64,000 bases of DNA. Origin: Verrucomicrobiota bacterium (GTDB lineage: Bacteria > Verrucomicrobiota > Verrucomicrobiia > Limisphaerales > SXQI01). Below are positions 50,203 through 59,659 of this stretch, piece by piece (position 1 is the stretch's first letter; the number at the start of each line of letters is the position of its first letter). The translations under genes were made by a program, and so were the position numbers. The stretch lies in assembly GCA_033762115.1 (NCBI GenBank), contig JANRLX010000019.1:14375-78374 (forward strand). The letters are read 5' to 3'. The notes beneath the pieces are model-generated. The model was not told where the DNA came from and did no database searches. It saw only the letters and a program-made list of their open reading frames with translations.

Positions 50203-50369
50203 AACGCCCAAAAGACCGTCTTTATTGGATCTTATTCAAAGTATTCGTAAATATTAATTGACTTTTGATAATTTAATTATCAGACCCTGGCAATGCCTTC
50301 ATTAACGAATCTGGAATCGTAAATATCTTCTTGAGGCTTGTGTCCCATTTCAGGTATTGTCACCGGTTA

Positions 50370-53144
50370 ATGGGTAACTTGAAGCAGTTTGTGATCGCCT
50401 CTGCTTTGCTGGGCTCTGGTGCCTGGCCGCTTCTTCGTGCCCAATCCACTTGGGACGGCGGCGCGGGGTCAAGTAACTACGGAGCCAGTGGCAATTGGAA
50501 TCCCAACGGCGTCCCCGGCAACGTTTTGATCAGCTTTGACGGGGCGGATGCCAACGGCCAGTTCCTCATCGATCTCTCCGGAAACCGCACCGTCACCGGC
50601 ATCCAGTTCATCTCCGCCGTCGGCCCGAACGCCTTCACTTTTAAGGATAACCGTTTCACAATTGGTTCCAACGGAATCCTCAATTCGGACGACGACACCC
50701 AAACGTTTCAAGCCTCCCTCGATTTTCGGTTAAGCTCCCCGCAAAGCTGGACCGCCACCACTGGCGGCCTCGATTTCTTTGGTCTGGTGGATAACCAGGG
50801 AAACCTGCTCACCATTTCCGGCGCCGGTGAAGTGCTGATCGATGGCAGGATTGACGGCACAGGAGGACTCACCAAAAATGGGACCGGCGATCTGCTCCTT
50901 GGCGATTCAGGAAATCGTTTCTCCGGCGGCTTCATCCAAAATGCTGGCCGTACCTTGATCAACCCCTCCGGAAATGTCGGGATCGCCTCACTCGGCGCTG
51001 ACAGCTACCTCGGCCGCCAGGCCATTACCCTCAATGGCGGTACCCTGGAATTTTCCCCCACCGGAGACTTTAACGGTTTTAATCGCTCGATCACCATCGA
51101 TGGAGGAACACTCCTGCTCAATCCCGGCGGATCAGTCGCAGGATTGATGAATGCCGGGACGCTTGATTTTGCCATCAACGGCGGGCTTCTTGACATTGCC
51201 CGGCAATTAAATCCAGGCGTCCTCCTCGGTTCCGTCAATGTCGGCTCTGCCGCCTTGACCCCCGGCGTCATCCGCTACTCCACCATCGCTGCCAACGTGG
51301 GCGCGGGCGGTTGGAATTCCGGCGGGCGCGACCTCAATATTGTCGAGGGAAATCTCACCGGCAGCGGCACGCTGAAATTCGAACTGCACGATGGCGCTTT
51401 ACTCCATTACAGCGACTCCGCTTTCAGTGGCTCCTTGATTTTCAACGGCGTCTCCGGCGGCAATGCCCAATCCGGCGTCCTCGGCACTGCGGTCGGCAGG
51501 CTGGCTCTTGATGGCGCGGCGAATTTTGATGTCACCGGCGGGCTCACCTTCGAGGAAGCCATGCAGGTCACAGCCATCAACGGCAACCGCACCATCCGCA
51601 GCGGCATCACCATTGCCAGCGGCGAAACCGCCTTTCAAGGTCGCAGCGCCGCAGCCGTCGCCAGTGATGATTTGATCCTCGGTGAAACTCCCGGAAGCAG
51701 CCTCCTCACGGTAAAAAACGGTGCCATCGCCACCTTGGATGCCCGCTTCCGCGATGACGCCGCAAACAACAACGTCGGCGGCGTCAAGCTCAACGCCAAC
51801 ACCATTCTTGAAGCGGGAGCCACTCTCAATTTCCGCAAGTCAGCCACTGTCGTTGGCGAAACCGTCGAGGGAATTTCCGTTGCCGGGGACATCACCGGGC
51901 AGGGGACCACTGCCAGCGAATCCACCGTTAAACTCGGGTTGGCAGGCGGCGCGGGCGGCGTGAATTTCGCCACCGGCAGCGGCTCCGCTGGCACCGACCT
52001 CATCGTCAACGGCTCCGGGCTCGGCGGCCTCCGCATTGAAGGCTCCAAGGCCGCTGTGGACAATTTGCTCATTCCCCAGGTCTTCCAGGACCTCACAGGC
52101 ACCGGTGGCACCCTCACCGTCGCTTACAACGACAACGGCGTGGGCACCTTTTACACCGCTCCATCCGTCGCAAGCCATGTCAAACTCGGCTTCGATGACG
52201 TGAGCGGCAACAGCCCCGTTTACAACCTCGGCGTCAGCGCCAATGACCTCGCAAAATTCAACGGCCTCGTCGTTCAGGGCGGCACCGTCAACCTCATGGT
52301 CAACCAGGCCTTCACCGGCGCAGGCACCACCACCCTCGATCTCGCGGGCGGCTCACTCGTCCTCCGTGGCGGCGGATTGCCACGCCAACTCACTATTGAA
52401 GGCGACGCCAATCTCACCGGCGGTAATTTGAATGGCGGCGTCCTCGTCGGCACGGAAGGAACCCTCGTCGTTGGGGGCTCGATTATTTCCAGCGGAACAC
52501 TCCTCGTCAATAAGCCGAACATCACCATGAACGGCAACGACGCTGAAGCAGTCACCGGCGCGACACCGCTCACTGGCATTGGCCGATTCACCAAGAACGG
52601 AACCGGCAGCGTCACCCTCGATAACCAGATCGGCGCCGTCAATGTGGACATCAATAACGGCACGCTCCTCCTCGGTGCCGATCAACGCATCAATGACACC
52701 GCCGCAGTCCGTCTCGCTGGCGGCACACTCGCCACCGGCGGGTTTGATGAAACAGTCGGCGCGTTGACCCTCGCAAATAATTCCGTCATCGATCTCGGCG
52801 CCGGCTCCAGCATCCTCCAATTCGCCGACAGTTCCGCCAATGCCTGGACAGCCGGTCGCACCCTCACTGTTGCCAACTGGAATGGCGACACCGCAGGCGG
52901 CGGCAACGATCAATTGCGCTTCGGCAACAGTTTCTCCGCCCTCACCGCCGGGCAGGTCGCCCAGATTCGTTTCCAGAATCCCAATGGCGTCCTCGGGTTG
53001 TACGCCGCCCAGATTTTATCCTCAGGCGAAGTCGTTCCCGTCGCTGTTCCCGAACCGGCCACCGTCGCAACCGTCGCCCTTCTCCTCGGTTCCCTCGGTT
53101 GGCGCGAGAGAAAATTCCTCGGCCGCTTCTTCAGCAAACGATAA
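50370..53144 (+). CDS. PEP-CTERM surface protein with autotransporter-associated beta-strand repeats
   Basis: Signal peptide, LTKNGTGDL.L / FTKNGTGSV.L repeats, C-terminal VPEP-TM-basic tail. Confidence 0.9.
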   Translation: MGNLKQFVIASALLGSGAWPLLRAQSTWDGGAGSSNYGASGNWNPNGVPGNVLISFDGADANGQFLIDLSGNRTVTGIQFISAVGPNAFTFKDNRFTIGSNGILNSDDDTQTFQASLDFRLSSPQSWTATTGGLDFFGLVDNQGNLLTISGAGEVLIDGRIDGTGGLTKNGTGDLLLGDSGNRFSGGFIQNAGRTLINPSGNVGIASLGADSYLGRQAITLNGGTLEFSPTGDFNGFNRSITIDGGTLLLNPGGSVAGLMNAGTLDFAINGGLLDIARQLNPGVLLGSVNVGSAALTPGVIRYSTIAANVGAGGWNSGGRDLNIVEGNLTGSGTLKFELHDGALLHYSDSAFSGSLIFNGVSGGNAQSGVLGTAVGRLALDGAANFDVTGGLTFEEAMQVTAINGNRTIRSGITIASGETAFQGRSAAAVASDDLILGETPGSSLLTVKNGAIATLDARFRDDAANNNVGGVKLNANTILEAGATLNFRKSATVVGETVEGISVAGDITGQGTTASESTVKLGLAGGAGGVNFATGSGSAGTDLIVNGSGLGGLRIEGSKAAVDNLLIPQVFQDLTGTGGTLTVAYNDNGVGTFYTAPSVASHVKLGFDDVSGNSPVYNLGVSANDLAKFNGLVVQGGTVNLMVNQAFTGAGTTTLDLAGGSLVLRGGGLPRQLTIEGDANLTGGNLNGGVLVGTEGTLVVGGSIISSGTLLVNKPNITMNGNDAEAVTGATPLTGIGRFTKNGTGSVTLDNQIGAVNVDINNGTLLLGADQRINDTAAVRLAGGTLATGGFDETVGALTLANNSVIDLGAGSSILQFADSSANAWTAGRTLTVANWNGDTAGGGNDQLRFGNSFSALTAGQVAQIRFQNPNGVLGLYAAQILSSGEVVPVAVPEPATVATVALLLGSLGWRERKFLGRFFSKR

Positions 53145-53147
53145 TCG

Positions 53148-55001
53148 CTATCCGGTTCCTTGATTTTTCCTCGGTCCCGCTTTGAACTCTTTCAACGCGT
53201 GCTTGATCACCCACCCATTTTTCTCCAATGCCCCGATCGCTTCCTCACGACTCCGCCCGCTCAATTCCATCAGGATCCGGGTGGCGCGCTCCCGCAATTT
53301 GCTGTTCGAGGCATTAAGATCGATCATCAGGTTGCTCGCCACCTTTCCCAGGCGCACCATGCTCAGCGTGCTGAAAAGATTCAGCGCCAGTTTCGTCGCC
53401 GTTCCCGCCTTCAACCGGGTGGAGCCGGTCAGGACTTCCGGGCCGACCGGAATTGCCAGCAGCAAATCCGGTCTCCCATTCCGGGCAAATTTCAGGTGCG
53501 GATTAAAACTCAGCAGGATGGTCGCGGCCCCAAGCTCCTTCGCCTGTCCCAGCGCACCCCACACAAATGGGGTCCTGCCGCTCGCCGCGATTCCCACCAC
53601 CACATCTCCTCTGCTCACGCCCCGCTCGATGACCGCACGTGCCCCGGCCTCCACATTGTCCTCCGCCCCTTCCACCGCACGCCACAACGCCGTTTGCCCA
53701 CCGGCGATGATCCCCTGGACCTGCTCCGGGTCAGACCGGAACGTCGGCGGACATTCACTCGCATCCAGCACTCCCAGCCGTCCGCTCGTTCCCGCCCCCA
53801 CATAAAATAATCGCCCCTTTGCCAAAAGCCGTTTGCTGATCATGCGGGTTGCTTTTGCCAGGCCAGCTTTATGCTCAAGCAATCGCCGAGGAGTTTCCAG
53901 CTCCTCCTCCAGCATCAACCTCACAGCAGCTTCGATTGAAAGCTGGTCAAGGTTCATGCTTCGCGGATTCCGCTCCTCCGTCGGCGACATGCCCGTTGCC
54001 ACCGGCATCGGCCACTGCGGCCCACGCTTCTCAACTCGTCTGGATGAGGAGAAAGGTCGCGCCACCTTCCGCGCCAGCCGGACCGCGCCCCACGCCGACT
54101 CACGCGTCAGCAGTTCAATCGTTGAGCCCGGTCGCTTTTCTTCGAGCAAACGGCGCACTTGTGCGGAAAAGGAATCATTCTTCAACAGCACGCTGCCGGA
54201 AAAAAGAAACCGTAGCGGCACCCCATCCCGAACAAGCTTCCCCGCGCAGGCAAGGGCATCCTTGCACAGGCTGGACGCTGCCCCATCCAGAATGTCGCAG
54301 GCGATTTTTTCCTTCTTCTCCGCCGCCGAAAAAACCAGTTTCGCCAGGCTGGCGATCTCCTGCTTCGGCGCGTGCAATGCCCATTGGATCAATTCATTCG
54401 GCTCATTCAGCAGCAGTTCCCGCAGGATGCGCCGCCCCAATGGTGGCAGCTTTCCATCACGGTCGAGGGAATGAAGTGACGCTTTCACACCCCGCAGGCC
54501 AATTTCATATCCGCTCCCCTTGTCCCCCAAAATGTGTCCCCAGCCACCGATCTTGGAAATCCTCCCCTTTCTGTTCCGCCCATAACAGCAGGAGCCTGTG
54601 CCGCTTAACACCAGCACCGTCCCCGCGCAATCCGCGGCTTCAGGCTCCGCCGCGTGCAGCGCCGTCTCAAGGTCGTTGCTGATGGCGCGCGGGATTCCCG
54701 GCCAGACCGTTTCAAGCAGTTTCCCCACCCGCTCCTCATCCGCCCTGGTTCTAAGCCCGGGAAATCCGCAACCGATCCCCTGCGGCGTTCCCAGCCGTTC
54801 TCTGATGCTTCCAAACAACTTCAGCAGCGCCTCATCCGAACTCAATTGCAAATTCGCCGGGCCCAGTTCCAACCGCTCTCCCAGCCGCAAATGTTCATCA
54901 GCGAGCAGGGCAATGGTTTGGGTGCCGCCTGCCTCAATCCCAAGAAAAACGGCTGAAGAGGTCGGCGCTGGCAATTTGGAAAGCTCGGGCGGAATGCTCA
55001 T
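53148..55001 (-). CDS. murQ: Fused BadF-type (GlcNAc/MurNAc) kinase plus N-acetylmuramate-6-phosphate etherase
   Basis: N-half LGIEAGGT, SGTGS, GGWGHILGDKGSG; C-half TEERNP, YVGAGTSGRLG.LDASECPPTF, GPE..TGSTRLKAGTATK. Confidence 0.9.
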   Translation of the reverse strand: MSIPPELSKLPAPTSSAVFLGIEAGGTQTIALLADEHLRLGERLELGPANLQLSSDEALLKLFGSIRERLGTPQGIGCGFPGLRTRADEERVGKLLETVWPGIPRAISNDLETALHAAEPEAADCAGTVLVLSGTGSCCYGRNRKGRISKIGGWGHILGDKGSGYEIGLRGVKASLHSLDRDGKLPPLGRRILRELLLNEPNELIQWALHAPKQEIASLAKLVFSAAEKKEKIACDILDGAASSLCKDALACAGKLVRDGVPLRFLFSGSVLLKNDSFSAQVRRLLEEKRPGSTIELLTRESAWGAVRLARKVARPFSSSRRVEKRGPQWPMPVATGMSPTEERNPRSMNLDQLSIEAAVRLMLEEELETPRRLLEHKAGLAKATRMISKRLLAKGRLFYVGAGTSGRLGVLDASECPPTFRSDPEQVQGIIAGGQTALWRAVEGAEDNVEAGARAVIERGVSRGDVVVGIAASGRTPFVWGALGQAKELGAATILLSFNPHLKFARNGRPDLLLAIPVGPEVLTGSTRLKAGTATKLALNLFSTLSMVRLGKVASNLMIDLNASNSKLRERATRILMELSGRSREEAIGALEKNGWVIKHALKEFKAGPRKNQGTG

Positions 55002-55073
55002 TTCGGCTGCGTTACAGCCACCGGTTTCGGCGACCGCTTCTCCGCTGATTCGACCAGCACCACCCTGGCCTGA

Positions 55074-57047
55074 TCAAGCTCTGTTTTCCTGCGTGGATGG
55101 CAGCGCTTCCAGAAGGTCCTTCGCATCCACCAAACCTTTTTCCAGCGCAAGCCGCGCGTAACGCCGCATGGAAATGTAATTCTCCGGGCGCGCGGTTTGA
55201 ATCATTTCAGAAAGGGTCGCCTCCCGCTCGATTGCATCACGCAATTCAGGCGTGACAACCAACGCCTCATAAAGGCTGAGCCGTCCCCGCCTCCCGGTCA
55301 TCCGGCAATGCGTGCACCCTTTGCCATGCCACAGCTGGCAGATCTGCCCCGCCTCGATGATCCCGGTCTGCCGCAATTGCGCCAATCTTTGCGGATCGGC
55401 CTCAGCGGGTTCCGCGCACGCCCCGCAAAGCCGCGGGACCAGCCGTTGCGTGATCACTCCGCGCAGCGCCGAGGCAATCGCGAACGGCTCAAAACCGCGC
55501 TGCCGCAAACGAACCACCGTTTCAAACGCATCATTCGTGTGAATGCTCGAAAGCACCAGGTGCCCTGTCAACGCCGCTTCCAGCGCAATTTCCATTGAGG
55601 CCTTGTCCCGGATTTCACCAATCAAAATAATATCCGGGTCCTGCCTCAGCGTGCTCCGCAGGATACGTTCAAAAGTCAGCCCGATCGCCGGGTTCACCTG
55701 GATTTGAGTCGCCCCCGGCAATTCATACTCGATCGGGTCCTCCGCTGTCACCAGCTTGCTGGTCGGGTTCTGACGCTGCCGTTCCTGGATGCCCGCATAC
55801 AAAGTCGTCGTTTTTCCCGAACCGGTCGGCCCAGTCACCAGCACCAGCCCCGATTGCAGGAGAAAAAGCTTCCGAATAATTTCCGCAACCGGTTCTGAAA
55901 TGACCAGGTTTTTCAGATCCAGTTTCCGTTGTTGCGGATCGAACAGGCGGCACGCCACCGATTCACCCCGCGGCGATGGCACCGTCGAAATGCGCACATC
56001 GATGTTCCGCGAGCCATAACGCAGCCGCATGACAGCATCCTGCGGCAGCCGTGTTTCAGTAATATCCATTTCCGCCAGCACCTTCAGCCGGGAAACCAGC
56101 GGTTTGTAATTCTGCAATGTCAGCGGCGGCACCAGCTCCACCAGGCGCCCATCAATCCTCGCCCGCACCGCCACTCCCGTCACCGCTGGTTCGAAATGCA
56201 GGTCGCTCGCCGAGGCGTCGAACGCCTTCACCAAAATCTCGTCGAGCAATTGCGCCACTGCGGAACTCGCCTCCGGCGCGGCGGGATTCTGGTTGCTGGA
56301 AAGGTAAACCAGCTCCGCCGGTTCCTCGATCGGCGACGTGGCATTCTCATTCAGCATGTCGAACAATTTGCGATCCCTGAAATGTTCGAAGTCCGGCTGC
56401 GAAACACACACCCACAGCAGATGCTGCTTCGCGAGAAATTCAGACACAGTGTTCCGCGCCACATGGTCCGAAGGATCGACAATCGCAATCGTGATATGCC
56501 CCTCCTCCTTCGCCACCGGCAGCACCTTGTGCCGCAAAATCACCTGGAGCGGGAGCAGTTGCAACAGTTCACGGTTGATCTTGAAATTCGAAATCTGCTC
56601 CAGCTTGACACCCCGCGCCTTATTTGCCGCGTTCAACCGGTGCGCCAGCATTTTGGCAAGCTGAAGCACCATCTGCGGTTCCTTCTCCAGCATTTCCAGA
56701 AACGCCTCCTTCGGAACACAGACCGTTTCCGCATCCTGCCGGGCGCGCACAAACGCCGAGCGGCTCTCATTCGTCAGCAGCCCCATTTCCCCAAAAATAT
56801 CACCCCGCTTGAAGATCGTCAGCGGACGCTCGATTTTCAGGATGTCATCCCACAGGTAACACTCGAAAGTGCCATTGGAAACCACGAGAAAATTTTCGCT
56901 CGGATCACCCTGCCTGAACACGACTTTTCCCGCCTTGTGCGATTCCGTCCGGGCAATTTTGGCAAGCGCGGCAAGGTCTTTTTGGTCCAGCCGCGAAAAA
57001 ATATCGATGTTGCTCAGCAACTCAAGGGACTTGCCATTTTCAGCCAT
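55074..57047 (-). CDS. cNMP-binding domain fused to GspE/PilB family secretion ATPase
   Basis: FGEMGLL...RSA cNMP domain; ASDLHFEP, GPTGSGKTTT, EDPIEY, LRQDPDIILIGEIRD, TGHLV.SSIH, CxxC pairs. Confidence 0.9.
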   Translation of the reverse strand: MAENGKSLELLSNIDIFSRLDQKDLAALAKIARTESHKAGKVVFRQGDPSENFLVVSNGTFECYLWDDILKIERPLTIFKRGDIFGEMGLLTNESRSAFVRARQDAETVCVPKEAFLEMLEKEPQMVLQLAKMLAHRLNAANKARGVKLEQISNFKINRELLQLLPLQVILRHKVLPVAKEEGHITIAIVDPSDHVARNTVSEFLAKQHLLWVCVSQPDFEHFRDRKLFDMLNENATSPIEEPAELVYLSSNQNPAAPEASSAVAQLLDEILVKAFDASASDLHFEPAVTGVAVRARIDGRLVELVPPLTLQNYKPLVSRLKVLAEMDITETRLPQDAVMRLRYGSRNIDVRISTVPSPRGESVACRLFDPQQRKLDLKNLVISEPVAEIIRKLFLLQSGLVLVTGPTGSGKTTTLYAGIQERQRQNPTSKLVTAEDPIEYELPGATQIQVNPAIGLTFERILRSTLRQDPDIILIGEIRDKASMEIALEAALTGHLVLSSIHTNDAFETVVRLRQRGFEPFAIASALRGVITQRLVPRLCGACAEPAEADPQRLAQLRQTGIIEAGQICQLWHGKGCTHCRMTGRRGRLSLYEALVVTPELRDAIEREATLSEMIQTARPENYISMRRYARLALEKGLVDAKDLLEALPSTQENRA

Positions 57048-57105
57048 AAATCTCCGGAAATCGACAACAGGGTTGTCACCATTTAACCGGAGGCTGTCCG
57101 AATGG

Positions 57106-57366
57106 TCAACGGTGCGCTGTCACGGAAGAAGGAGTATTGAAAACCATTTCCCGTTTTTGAAGATACTGCTGGGTGTCTCTCTCGGCCCACTTCTTTAAGG
57201 CTTCGGCCACGCTCCTGACAGTCTCATCATGAGAGGAACCGGGTTTGATCAATTCATTAAAAATTTTCAAGGCTTCCGATTCCATGGGAGGCTTGAACTC
57301 TTTAAAGGCATCCGGATTGCGTGCAACCATCGCCAGCATTGATGCGTCTCCACCCGAAATTCTCAT
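57106..57366 (-). CDS. Small hypothetical protein
   Basis: About 86-aa ORF fills the intergenic gap; no family recognised. Confidence 0.4.
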   Translation of the reverse strand: MRISGGDASMLAMVARNPDAFKEFKPPMESEALKIFNELIKPGSSHDETVRSVAEALKKWAERDTQQYLQKREMVFNTPSSVTAHR

Positions 57367-57552
57367 ACTCAATTCACCACAGGTTTAACCATTTAAGTCA
57401 AGATATTACAAGATATCGGAATTTCATGCTTTTTGGGAACTGGTCAGCACTCAGGCAGTTCCGAAAAAACTCAGGAAGAAGCTGCAGCCGGCCGAAATCC
57501 CGGCAAGACGCTGCTGGACATTTATGAGAGGGCTTCTAATGATTTTCCACCC

Positions 57553-59073
57553 ATGTTCCTCCAGTTCCAGAACATCGTGAAACGCTTCCCCGGCGTCCTC
57601 GCCTTGAACGAGGTCTCCCTCTCCGTTCATCGCGGTGAATGTCATGCCTTGATAGGGGAAAATGGCGCGGGAAAAAGCACCCTCGGAAAAATCCTCGCTG
57701 GCATCTATACACCGGACTCGGGCGATATCCTGCTCGATGGAAAAGTCATTCATCCCACCAACCCCCTTGTCGCCCGCAGCCTTGGCATTGCCATGGTCCA
57801 TCAGGAACTGGCCTTCTGTCCGAATCTCTCCGTCGCAGAAAACCTCTGCCTCGGGGAGATGCCCCAGCGCGCCGGTTGGGTGCAACAGCGCCGGATGCGT
57901 GAACTTGCCCGGGCAATGCTCGAGGCAATCCATGCCGACATTCCCGTGGACCTTCCCATCGGCCAGCTTTCCACCGCCCAGGAACAGATGGTCCAAATCG
58001 CCGGGGCGGTCGGCACCCACGCCCGGGTCATCGTCATGGATGAACCCACCAGTTCACTTTCCACCCGTGAAAGCGAACAGCTTTTCCAGTTGCTGGCCCA
58101 CCTCAGGGAGCGTGGCATCACCGTCATCTACGTCTCCCATCGAATGGAGGAAATTTTCCGCTTGTGCGACCGCATCTCCATCCTCAGGGATGGACAACAT
58201 GTCGCGACTGAACTGATCCGCGAGACCAATCCTGATCGCGTCGTCCAGCAAATGGTCGGCAGGGAAGTGACCTCCAGCACCCAGCGCCATCTCACCCTTC
58301 AACCCGGCACGGAATTGTTGCGCGTCGAGAACCTCGCCTCTCCCGGTAAATTCCGTGATCTCTCCTTTCGCCTGCGAGCGGGAGAAATCCTCGGTTTTTC
58401 CGGCCTCGTCGGCGCCGGGCGAAGTGAAGCCGCCCAGGCGATCTTCGGCCTCGATCCAAATGTGAGCGGTTCAATTTTTGTCGAAGGAAAACCACTTCCA
58501 CCCGGCTCCGTGCAAATGGCCATGCAGGCGGGAATCGGTTTTCTCCCGGAAGACCGGAAACGGCAGGGACTGGTCCTGGCCATGAACTGCCGGGAAAACG
58601 GATCACTCGCGGCCCTCCCCAGCCTCACCCGCGCCGGTTTCGTCGAAAAGCGCAGGGAACAGCAGGTCGTCTCAGACTTTGCAAAGCGCCTCCGCGTCAA
58701 GGCGCCGAGCCTCGAAACCGCCATTGCCGGGTTGAGCGGCGGCAACCAGCAGAAAATCGCCCTCGCCAAATGGCTCGCCTGCCATTGCAAAATCCTCATC
58801 GTCGATGAACCCACACGTGGCGTTGATGTCGGCGCAAAAGCCGAAATTCACGCCCTGCTCGATGAACTCGCCTGCGAAGGCGTCGCGATCCTCCTGATCT
58901 CCTCCGAACTCCCCGAACTCATGCTTCTGGCCCGCCGCGCCATTGTCCTGCGTGAAGGCGCTTTCATGGGAATCCTTGAGCGGGAGGAATTCAGCGAACA
59001 ACGCTTTGCCCGCTTGATGTCCGGGATGACTGGCGAAACGCAACAAGGCCATCCTCTGCAGGATGGCCTTTGA
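57553..59073 (+). CDS. Sugar ABC transporter ATP-binding protein (RbsA/MglA-type, double NBD)
   Basis: GENGAGKST, MDEPTSSL, PEDRKRQGL, LSGGNQQK, DEPTRGVDVGAK. Confidence 0.93.
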   Translation: MFLQFQNIVKRFPGVLALNEVSLSVHRGECHALIGENGAGKSTLGKILAGIYTPDSGDILLDGKVIHPTNPLVARSLGIAMVHQELAFCPNLSVAENLCLGEMPQRAGWVQQRRMRELARAMLEAIHADIPVDLPIGQLSTAQEQMVQIAGAVGTHARVIVMDEPTSSLSTRESEQLFQLLAHLRERGITVIYVSHRMEEIFRLCDRISILRDGQHVATELIRETNPDRVVQQMVGREVTSSTQRHLTLQPGTELLRVENLASPGKFRDLSFRLRAGEILGFSGLVGAGRSEAAQAIFGLDPNVSGSIFVEGKPLPPGSVQMAMQAGIGFLPEDRKRQGLVLAMNCRENGSLAALPSLTRAGFVEKRREQQVVSDFAKRLRVKAPSLETAIAGLSGGNQQKIALAKWLACHCKILIVDEPTRGVDVGAKAEIHALLDELACEGVAILLISSELPELMLLARRAIVLREGAFMGILEREEFSEQRFARLMSGMTGETQQGHPLQDGL

Positions 59074-59110
59074 GCAAGCCTCTGAATTCGCGAAGTTTGT
59101 TAATTATTAA

Positions 59111-59509
59111 TTAATCAGCGGTGGATCCGAGCCCGGTGGGATTTGGGCTGTGGCGGATCACGCGAATGGCGCGGGCCTCACCGTCATTATCGGCGCCGGC
59201 CGCTTCCTGGAAAACATCACCTGGTTGCAGATCGTCGCTATAGGCCAATGGCAGGTCCCCGGTCACTTCGACGTTTGGTTCAGGCACAAGGAATGTGTAA
59301 GTTTCGATGGATTGGATATTCCATTCCATGGGAAACATTCCCAGTTGGCGTGGATTCGTCAATGGAGTGATGGAGAGGGCTGTCACCGTGGTCTGATACC
59401 CGGAGGCATCATCGTTACGGGCCATGTTCGAGCTCGCGCACCCCACTGAAAGCATGGCTACACCCGCAGCCATCAGTGTCAGTTTTCCAAAGTTAGTTTG
59501 TTTTTTCAT
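59111..59509 (-). CDS. Putative lipoprotein
   Basis: MKKQ...MLSVGC lipobox; start refined to 59509. Confidence 0.6.
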   Translation of the reverse strand: MKKQTNFGKLTLMAAGVAMLSVGCASSNMARNDDASGYQTTVTALSITPLTNPRQLGMFPMEWNIQSIETYTFLVPEPNVEVTGDLPLAYSDDLQPGDVFQEAAGADNDGEARAIRVIRHSPNPTGLGSTAD

Positions 59510-59659
59510 ACAAGGAAAGTTCCACGCCCCTCCGCTTCTTCTCAATGCGGAGTGAACATGGTTTCCCACTGAAACAAATCCAGACTTCGGGATTACAAGA
59601 ACTCTTATCAACCTCCTAAGTTCCCCCCTGAGCAGGGGTCGGAGGAGCAATGAAAACAA

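Noticed and set aside
55929..57086. Long antisense ORFs (also 43772-44875, 48161-48970, 61526-62269, 21455-22330)
   Set aside because: They are shadows of well-supported genes in GC-rich, strand-biased DNA and show no family motifs.
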